Notes: generated by a model from the sequence alone, not told the origin. Positions 1 to 9,002 are shown, numbered from the whole stretch's first letter. The stretch is 62,229 nucleotides of DNA, filler included, from 9 parts of 9 records of this genome joined end to end with filler, not necessarily neighbours in it, one strand, 5' to 3'. Program-made: numbers and translations.

Positions 1-75
1 ATAATAAAGCACATTAATCCGCCTTCATTGACAAGCGCTTGCGGCTTACAGGGCCGACATCGCGGAACAAAGGCA

Positions 76-519
76 TTATAATTCACATTTCGCGATCGCT
101 TCGATAGAATCGATCATAGCGTGAACCCGGTCCGCGCCAAACGTCATGATCTGAACGTCGCGCGCCTCGGGCAGCAGTTCGCGGACGATCGCGCACAGAC
201 GCAAGGCCGCCTTGGGACGGTCCATGCGCAGTTTCAGCTGACCGTTGGCAGTCTGGATCAAGGCCTGAACAAAGCGCCTCTCGGCGCTGCCCTCAGGCAA
301 CACCATCCAGACCGGCTCCAACACCTCATGAGCCTCCCAGTAGAAACCGCGTTCGAGGTAAAATAGCCCGTGGCGGAACGCATCGCTGTGCGCAAGATCC
401 GCAGGTGTCATCCCCGGCTGCGCAGATGCGCGGATCGGGTCAAACAGCCCTTCAGGCGGACGCGCGGTGCGCCCCGGCACATAGGCTTGCGCCGGGATGA
501 ACCATTCCGCCTGGGTCAC
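76..519 (-). CDS. DUF309 family protein
   Basis: Motif GFYWEAHEVLEPVW...ALIQ typical of DUF309. GTG start at 519 overlaps the TGA of the upstream hydrolase (GTGA). Confidence 0.85.
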   Translation of the reverse strand: MTQAEWFIPAQAYVPGRTARPPEGLFDPIRASAQPGMTPADLAHSDAFRHGLFYLERGFYWEAHEVLEPVWMVLPEGSAERRFVQALIQTANGQLKLRMDRPKAALRLCAIVRELLPEARDVQIMTFGADRVHAMIDSIEAIAKCEL

Positions 520-1334
520 GCGACTTCGGGTTCGGTGGCTTCGATCCGCTCCAGCCGGGCACAGAACGCGGCGATCCCGGCCACCACCTGCTCTGGCTGG
601 TCCAGATGCGGGGAATGCCGGCAATCGTCGAGGATAAGGGTCTCGACCGGCGCATAGCTGCGGCTGTCCAACTCCTCGATCTGCGCCAGTGTACCGTACT
701 GGTCATCCCGCCCCTGCACCGCCAAAGACGGGATGCGCAGGTAGTCGATGACATCCCCCACGTTCCAGTCCTTGAAATCGGGGTGCAGCCAACTGTCGTT
801 CCATCCACGAAAGGTGTTGTCCGGGTCGCGGTGATAGCGCGCCATCTTGTCCCGCAGGTCACCGGTTTCATAAAGCGTCTTCGCCTTGGCGATCTCAGCC
901 AACCCGGCCTCTTCGGTAAAGAAATGCGGCGCCATCAGCACCAGCGCCCGCACCCGCTGGTCGGACACGCTGCCCGCATAGATCGCGGCGATGGTCGCCC
1001 CGTCGCTGTGACCGACAAAGACGCCGCGCTGAAACCCGATCGCGTCCAGCACCTGCGGCAACACATCCACCGCCTCGCGGGTCATGTAGTCCAAGGGGCG
1101 CGGCAGGTCCGCCGGGTCCGACTGACCATAGCCCGCCCGCGAATAAGCAAAAACGCCAAAGCCGGTCGCCCGCGCCAACGCCTGCGGGAAGTCGCGCCAC
1201 AGCGCCACGGCCCCCAGCCCCTCGTGCAACAGGACCAATGTCGGCGCCTTTTCCGGGGTCGGCCCGTAGCAGGCATACTCCAGCGTTTTGCCACCCGCCG
1301 TCAGCCGCCCGTTTTCCGTCCACTCTACCGTCAT
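516..1334 (-). CDS. Alpha/beta-fold hydrolase
   Basis: LLHEGLG oxyanion loop, GHSDG nucleophile elbow, C-terminal HSPH. ATGA overlap with the ligase. Confidence 0.9.
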   Translation of the reverse strand: MTVEWTENGRLTAGGKTLEYACYGPTPEKAPTLVLLHEGLGAVALWRDFPQALARATGFGVFAYSRAGYGQSDPADLPRPLDYMTREAVDVLPQVLDAIGFQRGVFVGHSDGATIAAIYAGSVSDQRVRALVLMAPHFFTEEAGLAEIAKAKTLYETGDLRDKMARYHRDPDNTFRGWNDSWLHPDFKDWNVGDVIDYLRIPSLAVQGRDDQYGTLAQIEELDSRSYAPVETLILDDCRHSPHLDQPEQVVAGIAAFCARLERIEATEPEVA

Positions 1335-2863
1335 ACTTGTGCCCTCAATTTGAACCGTTGAATCTTTCCCGTCGCGGTCTTGGGCAAGTCATCCACGACC
1401 TCGACCCAGCGGGGATATTTCCACATGCCAATCTTCTCCTTGACGAATTCCTTGAGGTTTTCGACCGCAGCGGCGTCCTGACCCTCTTTCAGCACGACAT
1501 AGGCCTTGGGCTTATCCAGCCCCTTGTCGTCGGCGCATGCGACCACCGCCGCCTCCAGCACGGCGGGGTGTTCGACAAGCGCCTGCTCAACCTCAAAGGG
1601 GCTGACCCATATGCCCGACACCTTGAACATGTCGTCGGTGCGCCCGCAGTAGATATAGCGCCCGTCTGCGGTGCATTCGTATTTATCGCCGGTCCGGGTC
1701 CAGTGCCCCTCAAACGTGGACCGCGACTTGTGCCGTTTATTCCAATAGCCGTCCGCCGCCGATGGGCCGCGCACCAGCAATTCACCGACCGCGCCCTCGC
1801 CGACGTCCTCATCGTGCTCATCCACCAGCCGCACTTCATAACCGGGAACCGCCGTGCCCGAGGTGCCATAGACAATCTCTCCGGGGCGATTGGACAGGAA
1901 AATGTGCAGCATCTCGGTCGAGCCGACACCATCGACAATCTCTGTGCCGGTCAGCCTGTGCCAGCGTTCGCCCACCTCACGCGGCAGCGCCTCACCGGCA
2001 GAGGTGCACAGCCGCACCGACATCCCCTGCGGCAGGCCGGTCTTTTCCAAGGCCGCGTTCATCGCGGCGTAAAAGGTCGGTACGCCACAAAACAGCGTCG
2101 GACGATGCGTCCCGAGGATACCCGACACCACCTCTGGCGTCGGTCGCCCCGACAGCAGCACCGTCGTCGCGCCAACCGACAGGGGAAAGGACATCGCGTT
2201 GCCAAGACCGTAGGCAAAAAAGATCTTGGCCACGGAAAAGACAATGTCGTCCTCGCGGATGCCCAGAACCTGCGCGCCAAAAGTGTCTGCCGTGGCCTTC
2301 AGGCTGGAATGCACATGCCGCACACCCTTGGGCTGGCCGGTAGAGCCGGAAGAGTACAGCCAGAATGCCATCTCATCCTCATGCGCCTCGACCGCTGGCA
2401 AAATCTGCGCGCCCTCGACAAACCGCTGATAGCTTTCCGTGCCCTCGGGGGCCTCCCCGATTACCAGCACCGCGCGCAGATACGGGTTGTCGGCAATCAC
2501 CGGTTGCACGGTCGGCCACAGCTTTTCCGACACCACAAGAATAGAGGCGCGGCAGTCGTTCAGGATGACATCGTACACCGGCGCCGACAGCAGCGTGTTC
2601 AACGGCACCGGGATCGCCCCGGCCTTGAGCGCGCCCCAAAAGATCACCGGACATTCGATCTGATCCTGCACGATCATGGCGACCCGCTCTTCGCGGCGCA
2701 CGCCGTGTCGATGCAGCGCCCCGGCGAACCGCCCGCTTTCCTCTGCAAGCTGTTTGAAGGTCAGGCTGCGCTTGTCCCCATCCGCCTCCTGAAAGGCCAC
2801 CTTGTCGGCGCGCCCCTCGTCCAGATGGCGGTCGACAAAATATAGTGCTGCGTTCTCGTTCAT
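1331..2863 (-). CDS. Benzoate-CoA ligase family AMP-dependent ligase
   Basis: FWLYSSGSTGQPKG, KIFFAYGLGN, GVGSTEMLHIFLSN, LPKTATGKIQRFKLR. GGAGG RBS upstream. Confidence 0.9.
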   Translation of the reverse strand: MNENAALYFVDRHLDEGRADKVAFQEADGDKRSLTFKQLAEESGRFAGALHRHGVRREERVAMIVQDQIECPVIFWGALKAGAIPVPLNTLLSAPVYDVILNDCRASILVVSEKLWPTVQPVIADNPYLRAVLVIGEAPEGTESYQRFVEGAQILPAVEAHEDEMAFWLYSSGSTGQPKGVRHVHSSLKATADTFGAQVLGIREDDIVFSVAKIFFAYGLGNAMSFPLSVGATTVLLSGRPTPEVVSGILGTHRPTLFCGVPTFYAAMNAALEKTGLPQGMSVRLCTSAGEALPREVGERWHRLTGTEIVDGVGSTEMLHIFLSNRPGEIVYGTSGTAVPGYEVRLVDEHDEDVGEGAVGELLVRGPSAADGYWNKRHKSRSTFEGHWTRTGDKYECTADGRYIYCGRTDDMFKVSGIWVSPFEVEQALVEHPAVLEAAVVACADDKGLDKPKAYVVLKEGQDAAAVENLKEFVKEKIGMWKYPRWVEVVDDLPKTATGKIQRFKLRAQV

Positions 2864-3092
2864 GACGTGGCCTCCTCCCTGCCTGTCACCCGCACCGCTG
2901 GGCGGCGCTATTATTCGCCCTGATCCTCGGACCAGACCAAAGCCGTGACAGCCTCACCCGTCACGGCCCTTGCAGACAGGATCGATACGCACCTGTTCCG
3001 GGCGGCCTCCTCAACCCGCTTACCCCAGTTCCGGCGCACCACCCCTCTGCGGAATCGCATCTTTGGTAAGCGTACACCTTATTTTCCAAAGA

Positions 3093-3147
3093 TGCAATTT
3101 CCTGCACCACGCCGGTGTGGTTCTTAGTGATTCTGCAGTATATCGCA
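3093..3147. promoter_or_regulatory. Two BzdR/BoxR-type operator boxes (TGCA-N6-TGCA)
   Basis: TGCAatttccTGCA at 3093-3106 and TGCAgtatatCGCA at 3134-3147, upstream of the benzoate-CoA ligase gene. Confidence 0.6.
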
Positions 3148-3237
3148 CGTTTAGCTGCAACCCATCCAAATACAAATGCGCAGCATGATGACAATATGCG
3201 TACTTGCGACTTTTGGCCGGTGGCCTACCCTGCGGAC

Positions 3238-3723
3238 ATGCACGCGATCTACAACATGCCCGGACACCTAATCCGCCGACTGCAACAACTGTCCTCGTCG
3301 ATCTTCGCCGAACAGATGCGGGCGGCCGGATCTGACCTGACCTCACCGCAATTTGCGGCCCTGACCATGTTGCAGGAACACCCCGACATTGATCAGGCGA
3401 CACTGGCCGGGCTGATCGCCCATGACCGTGCCACCATCGGAGGGGTGATCGAACGACTGTGTGCCAAGGGGCTGATCGAGCGGCGCACCAACCCTTTGGA
3501 CCGACGGGCCAAGATACTGGTCCTGACGCCAGAGGGCGAAAGGCGCGTTGCCCAAATCCGCCCCATCGTCGAGACCATGCAAAAGAACCTGTTGGTCGGG
3601 CTGGATGAGGCGGAAACGGCGGAATTCATCCGGCTGGCGGCCAAGGTCGCCGCCGCCGGCAATGACCGGACGCGCGCCCCCCTGCGTATGCCCAAGGACA
3701 AACCTGACACCCCGGCGCGCTGA
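3238..3723 (+). CDS. MarR family transcriptional regulator
   Basis: PGHLIRRLQQ..LTSPQFAAL..DRATIGGVIERL..DRRAK winged HTH. Start moved to ATG 3238. Confidence 0.9.
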   Translation: MHAIYNMPGHLIRRLQQLSSSIFAEQMRAAGSDLTSPQFAALTMLQEHPDIDQATLAGLIAHDRATIGGVIERLCAKGLIERRTNPLDRRAKILVLTPEGERRVAQIRPIVETMQKNLLVGLDEAETAEFIRLAAKVAAAGNDRTRAPLRMPKDKPDTPAR

Positions 3724-3793
3724 CCCAGCCACGTTGATCATCCCATCAGGGCGTGCCATCCGTTGCAGCAACCAACTTCAGGAGGGGGAAGAC

Positions 3794-4582
3794 ATGTCGG
3801 ACACCATTCTTTACACGGATCACGGCACTTGGGCCGAGGTCACGCTGAACCGGCCCGACCGGCTGAACAGCTTTACCCCTGACATGCATCTGGCCCTGCG
3901 CGCCGCGCTGACTCGCGCGGCGGAAGAGGGCAAGCGCGCCCTCCTGCTAACGGGTGCGGGACGCGGCTTTTGCGCAGGTCAGGATCTGGGCGACCGCGAT
4001 CCGCGCAAGATGGATGGCCCTCCCGATCTGGGCGAAACGGTGCGCAGCTACTGGGCGCCGCTGGTGCGCCAACTCCGCGCCCTGCAAATGCCGGTGATCT
4101 GTGCGGTCAATGGCGTCGCCGCCGGGGCCGGGTCCAGCGTGGCGCTGGCTTGCGACATGGTGCTGGCCGCGCAAAGCGCCAAGTTCATCCAATCCTTTGC
4201 CAAGGTCGGTCTGATCCCCGACACCGGCGGTAGCTGGCACCTGACCAACATCCTGGGGCGTGCCCGCGCTATGGGCCTTGCCCTGACGGCCCAACCGCTG
4301 CCCGCACAACAGGCCGAGAACTGGGGGCTGATCTGGAAGGCCCTGCCGGATGAGGCGCTGATGGATGAGGCGCGCAAGTTGGCGGCGCAATTCGCCGAGG
4401 GCCCAACCTTTGGGTTTGCCAGCACCAAACAGGCCATCGACGCCGCGGCGACAAACACTCTGGACGCGCAACTGGATCTGGAGGCCGAGTTGATGAAGGC
4501 CTGCGGCGAACACCCCGACTATGCCGAAGGCGTCGCCGCCTTTCTGGACAAACGCGCGCCCAAATTCACCGGAGAGCGGTAA
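3794..4582 (+). CDS. paaG: Crotonase-family PaaG-like (1,2-epoxyphenylacetyl-CoA isomerase) protein
   Basis: LNRPDRLNSF, GRGFCAGQDL, NGVAAGAG, GLIPDTGG. GGAGGG RBS before ATG 3794. Confidence 0.75.
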   Translation: MSDTILYTDHGTWAEVTLNRPDRLNSFTPDMHLALRAALTRAAEEGKRALLLTGAGRGFCAGQDLGDRDPRKMDGPPDLGETVRSYWAPLVRQLRALQMPVICAVNGVAAGAGSSVALACDMVLAAQSAKFIQSFAKVGLIPDTGGSWHLTNILGRARAMGLALTAQPLPAQQAENWGLIWKALPDEALMDEARKLAAQFAEGPTFGFASTKQAIDAAATNTLDAQLDLEAELMKACGEHPDYAEGVAAFLDKRAPKFTGER

Positions 4583-4591
4583 ACGCCCCCC

Positions 4592-5071
4592 TCAAAGGTC
4601 AATCTCCCAACCCTGCTCTACCACCTCCACGCCGAAGCTTACCTTTGGCGTGGAACGGACCAGCCGCCAGCCTGTTTTCTGGTACAACGCACAGGCCGCG
4701 CGGTGGCTTTCGTGTGTCCACAGCGCCATGCGGCGATAACCACAATCGCGCGCAAACCCCATGCATTCCGCCAGCAGCCGTTTACCCAGCCCTTTGCCCC
4801 GCGCCTCTGGCATCAGGAAAAACAGCCGCAACTTGGCCGTCTCTTCATCCTCTCGCACGCAAAAGATGCAGCCCAATCGCTGCGCCCCGTCCCACGCGAT
4901 AAAGGCACGTTCGGCGGTCTGATCGTGATCCGCGTCAAAATCCTCCAGAATCTGGCGCACCAGCGCTGGAAACGTCTCGTCAAAGCCTTCGTCGTGCGCA
5001 TACAGTCGACGGTGTTGCTCCACCAACCAGTCTATGTCGCCGGGGCCAAGGTGTTTCAGGTCAATATCCAT
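4592..5071 (-). CDS. GNAT family N-acetyltransferase
   Basis: Acetyl-CoA motif ARGKGLGKRLL and AACALYQKTGW. Confidence 0.85.
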   Translation of the reverse strand: MDIDLKHLGPGDIDWLVEQHRRLYAHDEGFDETFPALVRQILEDFDADHDQTAERAFIAWDGAQRLGCIFCVREDEETAKLRLFFLMPEARGKGLGKRLLAECMGFARDCGYRRMALWTHESHRAACALYQKTGWRLVRSTPKVSFGVEVVEQGWEIDL

Positions 5072-5165
5072 GCGCCGAAGAAACCCCCGCGCGGCTTGCA
5101 AATCAAGCCCCACGCCGCTAGGTGACTTCGATCCTCAGAGACATATCGAACAAGGCACTGGTGAC

Positions 5166-5360
5166 ATGAGCATCCACGACGAACGCGACATCGAAGCCAA
5201 CCTTCAGATCGGACCCACCGAAAAGGGCATGGTCCGCCTGTTCATCTTTGCCGATGGGCTGGAAATCCCGATGGATTTCGAACCCGAAGAGGCCGAGGAA
5301 ATCGCCGAAGAGCTGCGCGCCGCCGCCGCAACTGCGCGCCGGGCCCAGCCCAAACGCTAA
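5166..5360 (+). CDS. Small conserved roseobacter protein (DUF6324-like)
   Basis: 64-aa ORF MSIHDERDIEANLQIGPTEKGMVRL..MDFEPEEAEEIAEEL. Confidence 0.65.
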   Translation: MSIHDERDIEANLQIGPTEKGMVRLFIFADGLEIPMDFEPEEAEEIAEELRAAAATARRAQPKR

Positions 5361-5746
5361 TCCTGTGATGGCGCAGGAACGTGCTGATCGATAAAGATCT
5401 TGTTCCCGTCCGGGTCCACCAACGTCATGTAGGCAGGCCCGCTTTCGCCCTCATCCAGACGCTCTTCCGGCTCGATCCCCTCAGCGCGCAACTGTGCCTG
5501 AATCTCACGGATATCAGTAAACGTGTCCAGCGCCTCTCCCCCGCGCAGCCAGCCGGGGTTGAAGGTCAGCATATTGCCTTTGAACATGTCCTGAAACAGG
5601 CCGATGACTGTGGTCCCATTGCGCAAGACCATCCAGCCCTCTTCGGCCACGCCTGACACCTGCTCAAAGCCCAACGCCTCGTAAAAGCGCTGTGAGACGG
5701 CGAGGTCCTTGACCGACAAGCTGACCGAAAATGCCCCGAGTTCCAT
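5357..5746 (-). CDS. VOC (glyoxalase) family protein
   Basis: LGAFSVSLSVKDL..FYEALGF..DPDGNKIFIDQH. AAAGGA RBS. Confidence 0.85.
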   Translation of the reverse strand: MELGAFSVSLSVKDLAVSQRFYEALGFEQVSGVAEEGWMVLRNGTTVIGLFQDMFKGNMLTFNPGWLRGGEALDTFTDIREIQAQLRAEGIEPEERLDEGESGPAYMTLVDPDGNKIFIDQHVPAPSQD

Positions 5747-5833
5747 AGCGTATCCTTTCTGAGATGTGCCGCGACACCCCATCGTCGACCGGAACGGCTC
5801 TTTCAGGCAAGCCCCCACCAGACAGCGGCGCGG

Positions 5834-6319
5834 CTATCCCCAGCCGTCCAGCCCTGCACCGGGATCGCGCAACCCCTGCAATCGGCGCGCGGCGTGAACG
5901 GCAAACTTGCGCGTCAGCTTGGTCCGCCGTGCGGCGGGCAGCTTATCCTCTGGCCCCATGCGCAGGATCTCGGCGTCATAGCCATCCGCGATGATCAACC
6001 CGGTTCCCTCTGGCAGCAAATCGGTCGGAAATGCCTGATCCACGGCCCAGAAATAGCGGTCACACCACGGTAGATAGCCCTGCCATTTGCAGTCGCTCAT
6101 GAAATCCGCGCGCGAGGATTTACACTCCACCACCCACATCTCGCCTTTGGGGCCCAGCGCCATGACATCCACCCGCAGGCCCCGGTCGGGCACAAACTCT
6201 TCGATCACGGCAAAGCCATGGCCTGCCAGATGTCGCGACACGCCGCGCGCCAACAACTGGCCGGGCATCAGCTCAGACATCGGATCCGGTATCAGGCGAG
6301 GGGCAACAGGCAATTCCAT
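5834..6319 (-). CDS. mmcB: MmcB family DNA repair protein (PD-(D/E)XK nuclease-like)
   Basis: RVDVMALGPKGEMWVVECKSSRADF..KWQGYLPWCDRYFWAV. Start uncertain (6319 or 6280). Confidence 0.85.
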   Translation of the reverse strand: MELPVAPRLIPDPMSELMPGQLLARGVSRHLAGHGFAVIEEFVPDRGLRVDVMALGPKGEMWVVECKSSRADFMSDCKWQGYLPWCDRYFWAVDQAFPTDLLPEGTGLIIADGYDAEILRMGPEDKLPAARRTKLTRKFAVHAARRLQGLRDPGAGLDGWG

Positions 6320-6331
6320 GCCCAAATTCTT

Positions 6332-6346
6332 GAACATTCCGTGAAC
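6332..6346. promoter_or_regulatory. Alphaproteobacterial LexA (SOS) box GTTC-N7-GTTC
   Basis: GAACattccgtGAAC on +, i.e. GTTC-N7-GTTC on -, immediately upstream of mmcB. Confidence 0.8.
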
Positions 6347-6436
6347 AAATGCAACCCCGCCGCGCGCTGGCTTTCCTCTGGCGGCGATTTGCCTACTGTC
6401 GCCAAAGCATCGTTTTCATGACTCTCAAGGTTGCCC

Positions 6437-7744
6437 ATGTCCCAAGACGCCCCTCAGACCCAATTGACCCGCGAAGAGGCCCGCGGTGTGCGTGCCGCGC
6501 GCGAACTAGAAGGGCACCTGACATGGCTCGACACGTTTTCGGGCACAGCCCTTGGCGTGCTTTCTGTCGCGTCTGGCATCTACACCTATCTTGGTGTCTC
6601 GTCGCTGCTGGATGAAAACGGCGCCATGTCGGTCTTTGCCGCCATCGCCTATTCCACCGCCGTCTCTGTCGGGATCTTCGTGTTCTGGTCCTACATGCTG
6701 CGCCTGTTTCCCGCCGTCCGCACCGCCCGCGCCCGCGCTGGCCTGCTGGCCACCATGGGGCTGGGCAGCCTCGCCATCGTCGCAATGTCATCTTGGCTGA
6801 ACGCCGCCGCCCTTGCCGGATCTGCGGCGGTTGAACAGCATCTGGCCGAAACGGTGCAGGACTATCAGGCCGCGCTGGAACGCGCGCATGAGATCGCCCT
6901 GACCGCTCAAGCGTTGGAACGGGACGTGGCGCGGACCCGCCAAAGTTTTGAGGATCTGTCAGAGCTCGAAGCGCAGGGCGCGCTCTCCGGTCTGGCCGGG
7001 CGCGGAGCAGTCTTTCGCGTGTTGCGTCAAAAGTCCGCAGAACTGACCGCGCTGGAGGCGCAGATCGCCGCCCAGACGCCTCTGGTCGACACCGCCTTTA
7101 CCGAGGGCAATACCATCCTGTCACGGATGCGCGCGCTGACGGTGGAACCCGGCAACGTCGAGGCGCGATCAGTCGAGTTCTCAGAGGCGGCCGTACGCTT
7201 GCAAGGGTTGATCACCCAGTTGCGGCAACTGTCGGTCGCGCCACTGGTCGAACGCGCCGCGCAGGATCTGGCCGCCTCTGTGGTGCTGCCGGAACTCGAC
7301 AGTGCCACAGCGCAGGGCCGCGCCGATCAGTCCGCCACCATCACCTCGGTGCTGGAGGTGCTGGCGCAGCGGGCCGCGACGCTGGAAAGGGCCGCGCAGG
7401 CCGTGCAATCGTTACAGACCCCCACGGACGTGACCTATGCGCCGCTGTCCGCCGCCGATGCGGTCATCCTGTATGCCGGGAATTTCATTCCCTCCTGGGC
7501 CGGAGCCATCGCCATCGACCTGTTGCCCATGGTGCTGGTCTTTATCCTTGCCATCACCCACGGTGCCATTCGAGAGGGCCGCGAGGGCGCAGGGGTTGAG
7601 GACACGCTGACACTGGCCGAACTGCGCGCCGCCGTCACCGCCCTGCGTGAGGTCGAGGCCGTTGCAGGCCCGCCGCCCGCACGCCCCGAAGCGCCGCCCG
7701 CGCCCAGCGACGACGTGACCCCGCTCAAAGGGAAATCCGCATGA
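6437..7744 (+). CDS. Hypothetical membrane protein with N-terminal TM helices, long helical/coiled-coil region and C-terminal TM
   Basis: Three to four hydrophobic segments, an Ala/Leu/Glu/Gln-rich helical centre, a further hydrophobic segment and a Pro-rich tail. Confidence 0.75.
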   Translation: MSQDAPQTQLTREEARGVRAARELEGHLTWLDTFSGTALGVLSVASGIYTYLGVSSLLDENGAMSVFAAIAYSTAVSVGIFVFWSYMLRLFPAVRTARARAGLLATMGLGSLAIVAMSSWLNAAALAGSAAVEQHLAETVQDYQAALERAHEIALTAQALERDVARTRQSFEDLSELEAQGALSGLAGRGAVFRVLRQKSAELTALEAQIAAQTPLVDTAFTEGNTILSRMRALTVEPGNVEARSVEFSEAAVRLQGLITQLRQLSVAPLVERAAQDLAASVVLPELDSATAQGRADQSATITSVLEVLAQRAATLERAAQAVQSLQTPTDVTYAPLSAADAVILYAGNFIPSWAGAIAIDLLPMVLVFILAITHGAIREGREGAGVEDTLTLAELRAAVTALREVEAVAGPPPARPEAPPAPSDDVTPLKGKSA

Positions 7745-7821
7745 CCGGGTCGCCGCGACAAAACCCCCGGCGCAAGGCCGAGATAGTTGACCTTACGTCC
7801 ACACCGGAGCCGCTACGATGA
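7741..7821 (+). CDS. Candidate 26-aa coupling microORF MTGSPRQNPRRKAEIVDLTSTPEPLR
   Basis: Its ATG overlaps the upstream stop (ATGA 7741-7744) and its TGA overlaps the downstream ATG (ATGA 7818-7821). Confidence 0.35.
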   Translation: MTGSPRQNPRRKAEIVDLTSTPEPLR

Positions 7822-8555
7822 ACCGCAGTGTGGCCCGCACCCTGTCGGCCGTGCTGATCTTTCAGGTCGGCATTGGCGTTCTGCTGGTCCTTGGCGACAT
7901 GCGGCAGGGCACCTTGTCCCTACCAACTTTCAAACCGGACGCCCCGCGCCTGTCCGAACCAGTCCGCCCCGGAGATCAGCGCCGCATCTTCAAACCGGGC
8001 CGTGACCGCCCCGCCGTTTCACCCGAACGCGACCCCGGTGAACTGCCCGAACGGCTGACATTGACCCTGAATGACGGGGTCTGGCGGCTGGAAGGGGCGA
8101 TTGCCGAGGGCGACGCCGAACGCCTGATCCCGCAGATCGACCGCGCCGATCCTCCGATCACAACGCTGGTGCTGCAATCCTCTGGCGGGTCGGTCCGCGA
8201 CGCCCTTGACCTTGGCCGCCACCTGCGCGCCTCCGGCATCGCCACAGAGGTTCTATCGGGAGAGTTCTGCTATTCCGCCTGCCCCTACCTCTTTGCCGGC
8301 GGCAAGACCCGCAGCGCCGCCGCCGCTGCATCTATCGGGGTCCACCAGCACTATTTCGGCGAAAGCACCCTGCTGCCCGCTTTTGTCGCGGTCGAGGACA
8401 TCCAGCGCGGTCAGGCAGAGGTCATGGGCTTTCTCGACGACATGGGCATCGACCCGCTGGTGATGCGCCACGCGCTCGTTACGCCGCCGGATGAAATCTA
8501 TATCCTGCTGCCCGAAGAATTGACCCGCTACGGGTTCGTCACAGACGAATCCTAA
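7818..8555 (+). CDS. Membrane-anchored periplasmic protein with ClpP/crotonase-like domain (COG3904-like)
   Basis: N-terminal TM, then LQSSGGSV..CYSACPYLFAGG..IGVHQ. GGAG RBS. Confidence 0.7.
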   Translation: MNRSVARTLSAVLIFQVGIGVLLVLGDMRQGTLSLPTFKPDAPRLSEPVRPGDQRRIFKPGRDRPAVSPERDPGELPERLTLTLNDGVWRLEGAIAEGDAERLIPQIDRADPPITTLVLQSSGGSVRDALDLGRHLRASGIATEVLSGEFCYSACPYLFAGGKTRSAAAAASIGVHQHYFGESTLLPAFVAVEDIQRGQAEVMGFLDDMGIDPLVMRHALVTPPDEIYILLPEELTRYGFVTDES

Positions 8556-8598
8556 CAGCAAGGATCACACCCCGTCCGTCCCGCGCTAAAGTTCCTGC

Positions 8599-8647
8599 TT
8601 GACAGGATACCATTTGGCACCCCATAAAAGGATACCCAACGGTATCC
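8599..8647 (+). promoter_or_regulatory. Promoter (-35 TTGACA) with two ArsR-type inverted-repeat operators
   Basis: TTGACA 8599-8604, GGATACCatttGGCACCC 8605-8622 and perfect GGATACCcaacGGTATCC 8630-8647. Confidence 0.65.
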
Positions 8648-8675
8648 CAAATCATCAACCACCTCCGGAGTCGCC

Positions 8676-9002
8676 ATGCCACCAAACCTACAACCCACCT
8701 TCCGCGCCCTCGCGGACCCGACACGACGCGACATCCTGCGCCGCCTGTCGGCCCGCGAAATGACCCTCGCCGAAGTGACCGAACATTGTGACATGACCCG
8801 CGCGGCGGTCAAAAAGCATCTTGTCGTGCTCGAAGACGGTAACCTGATCCACATGCGGCGACAGGGGCGTGAAACGATCTCATCCCTCAACGCTGCCGCG
8901 CTGAAACCCGTCACTGACTGGTTGAGCTACTTCGACGCCTTCTGGGACGACAAACTGTCCGCGCTCACGCAAACCCTTACCGATGAAAAGGACGCCCTAT
9001 GA
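8676..9002 (+). CDS. ArsR/SmtB family regulator
   Basis: FRALADPTRRDILRRL..AVKKHLVVLE..GRE. Confidence 0.9.
   Translation: MPPNLQPTFRALADPTRRDILRRLSAREMTLAEVTEHCDMTRAAVKKHLVVLEDGNLIHMRRQGRETISSLNAAALKPVTDWLSYFDAFWDDKLSALTQTLTDEKDAL

Noticed and set aside
1238-2845. 535-aa plus-strand ORF
   Set aside because: Antisense shadow of the benzoate-CoA ligase gene in GC-rich DNA, no recognisable motifs.
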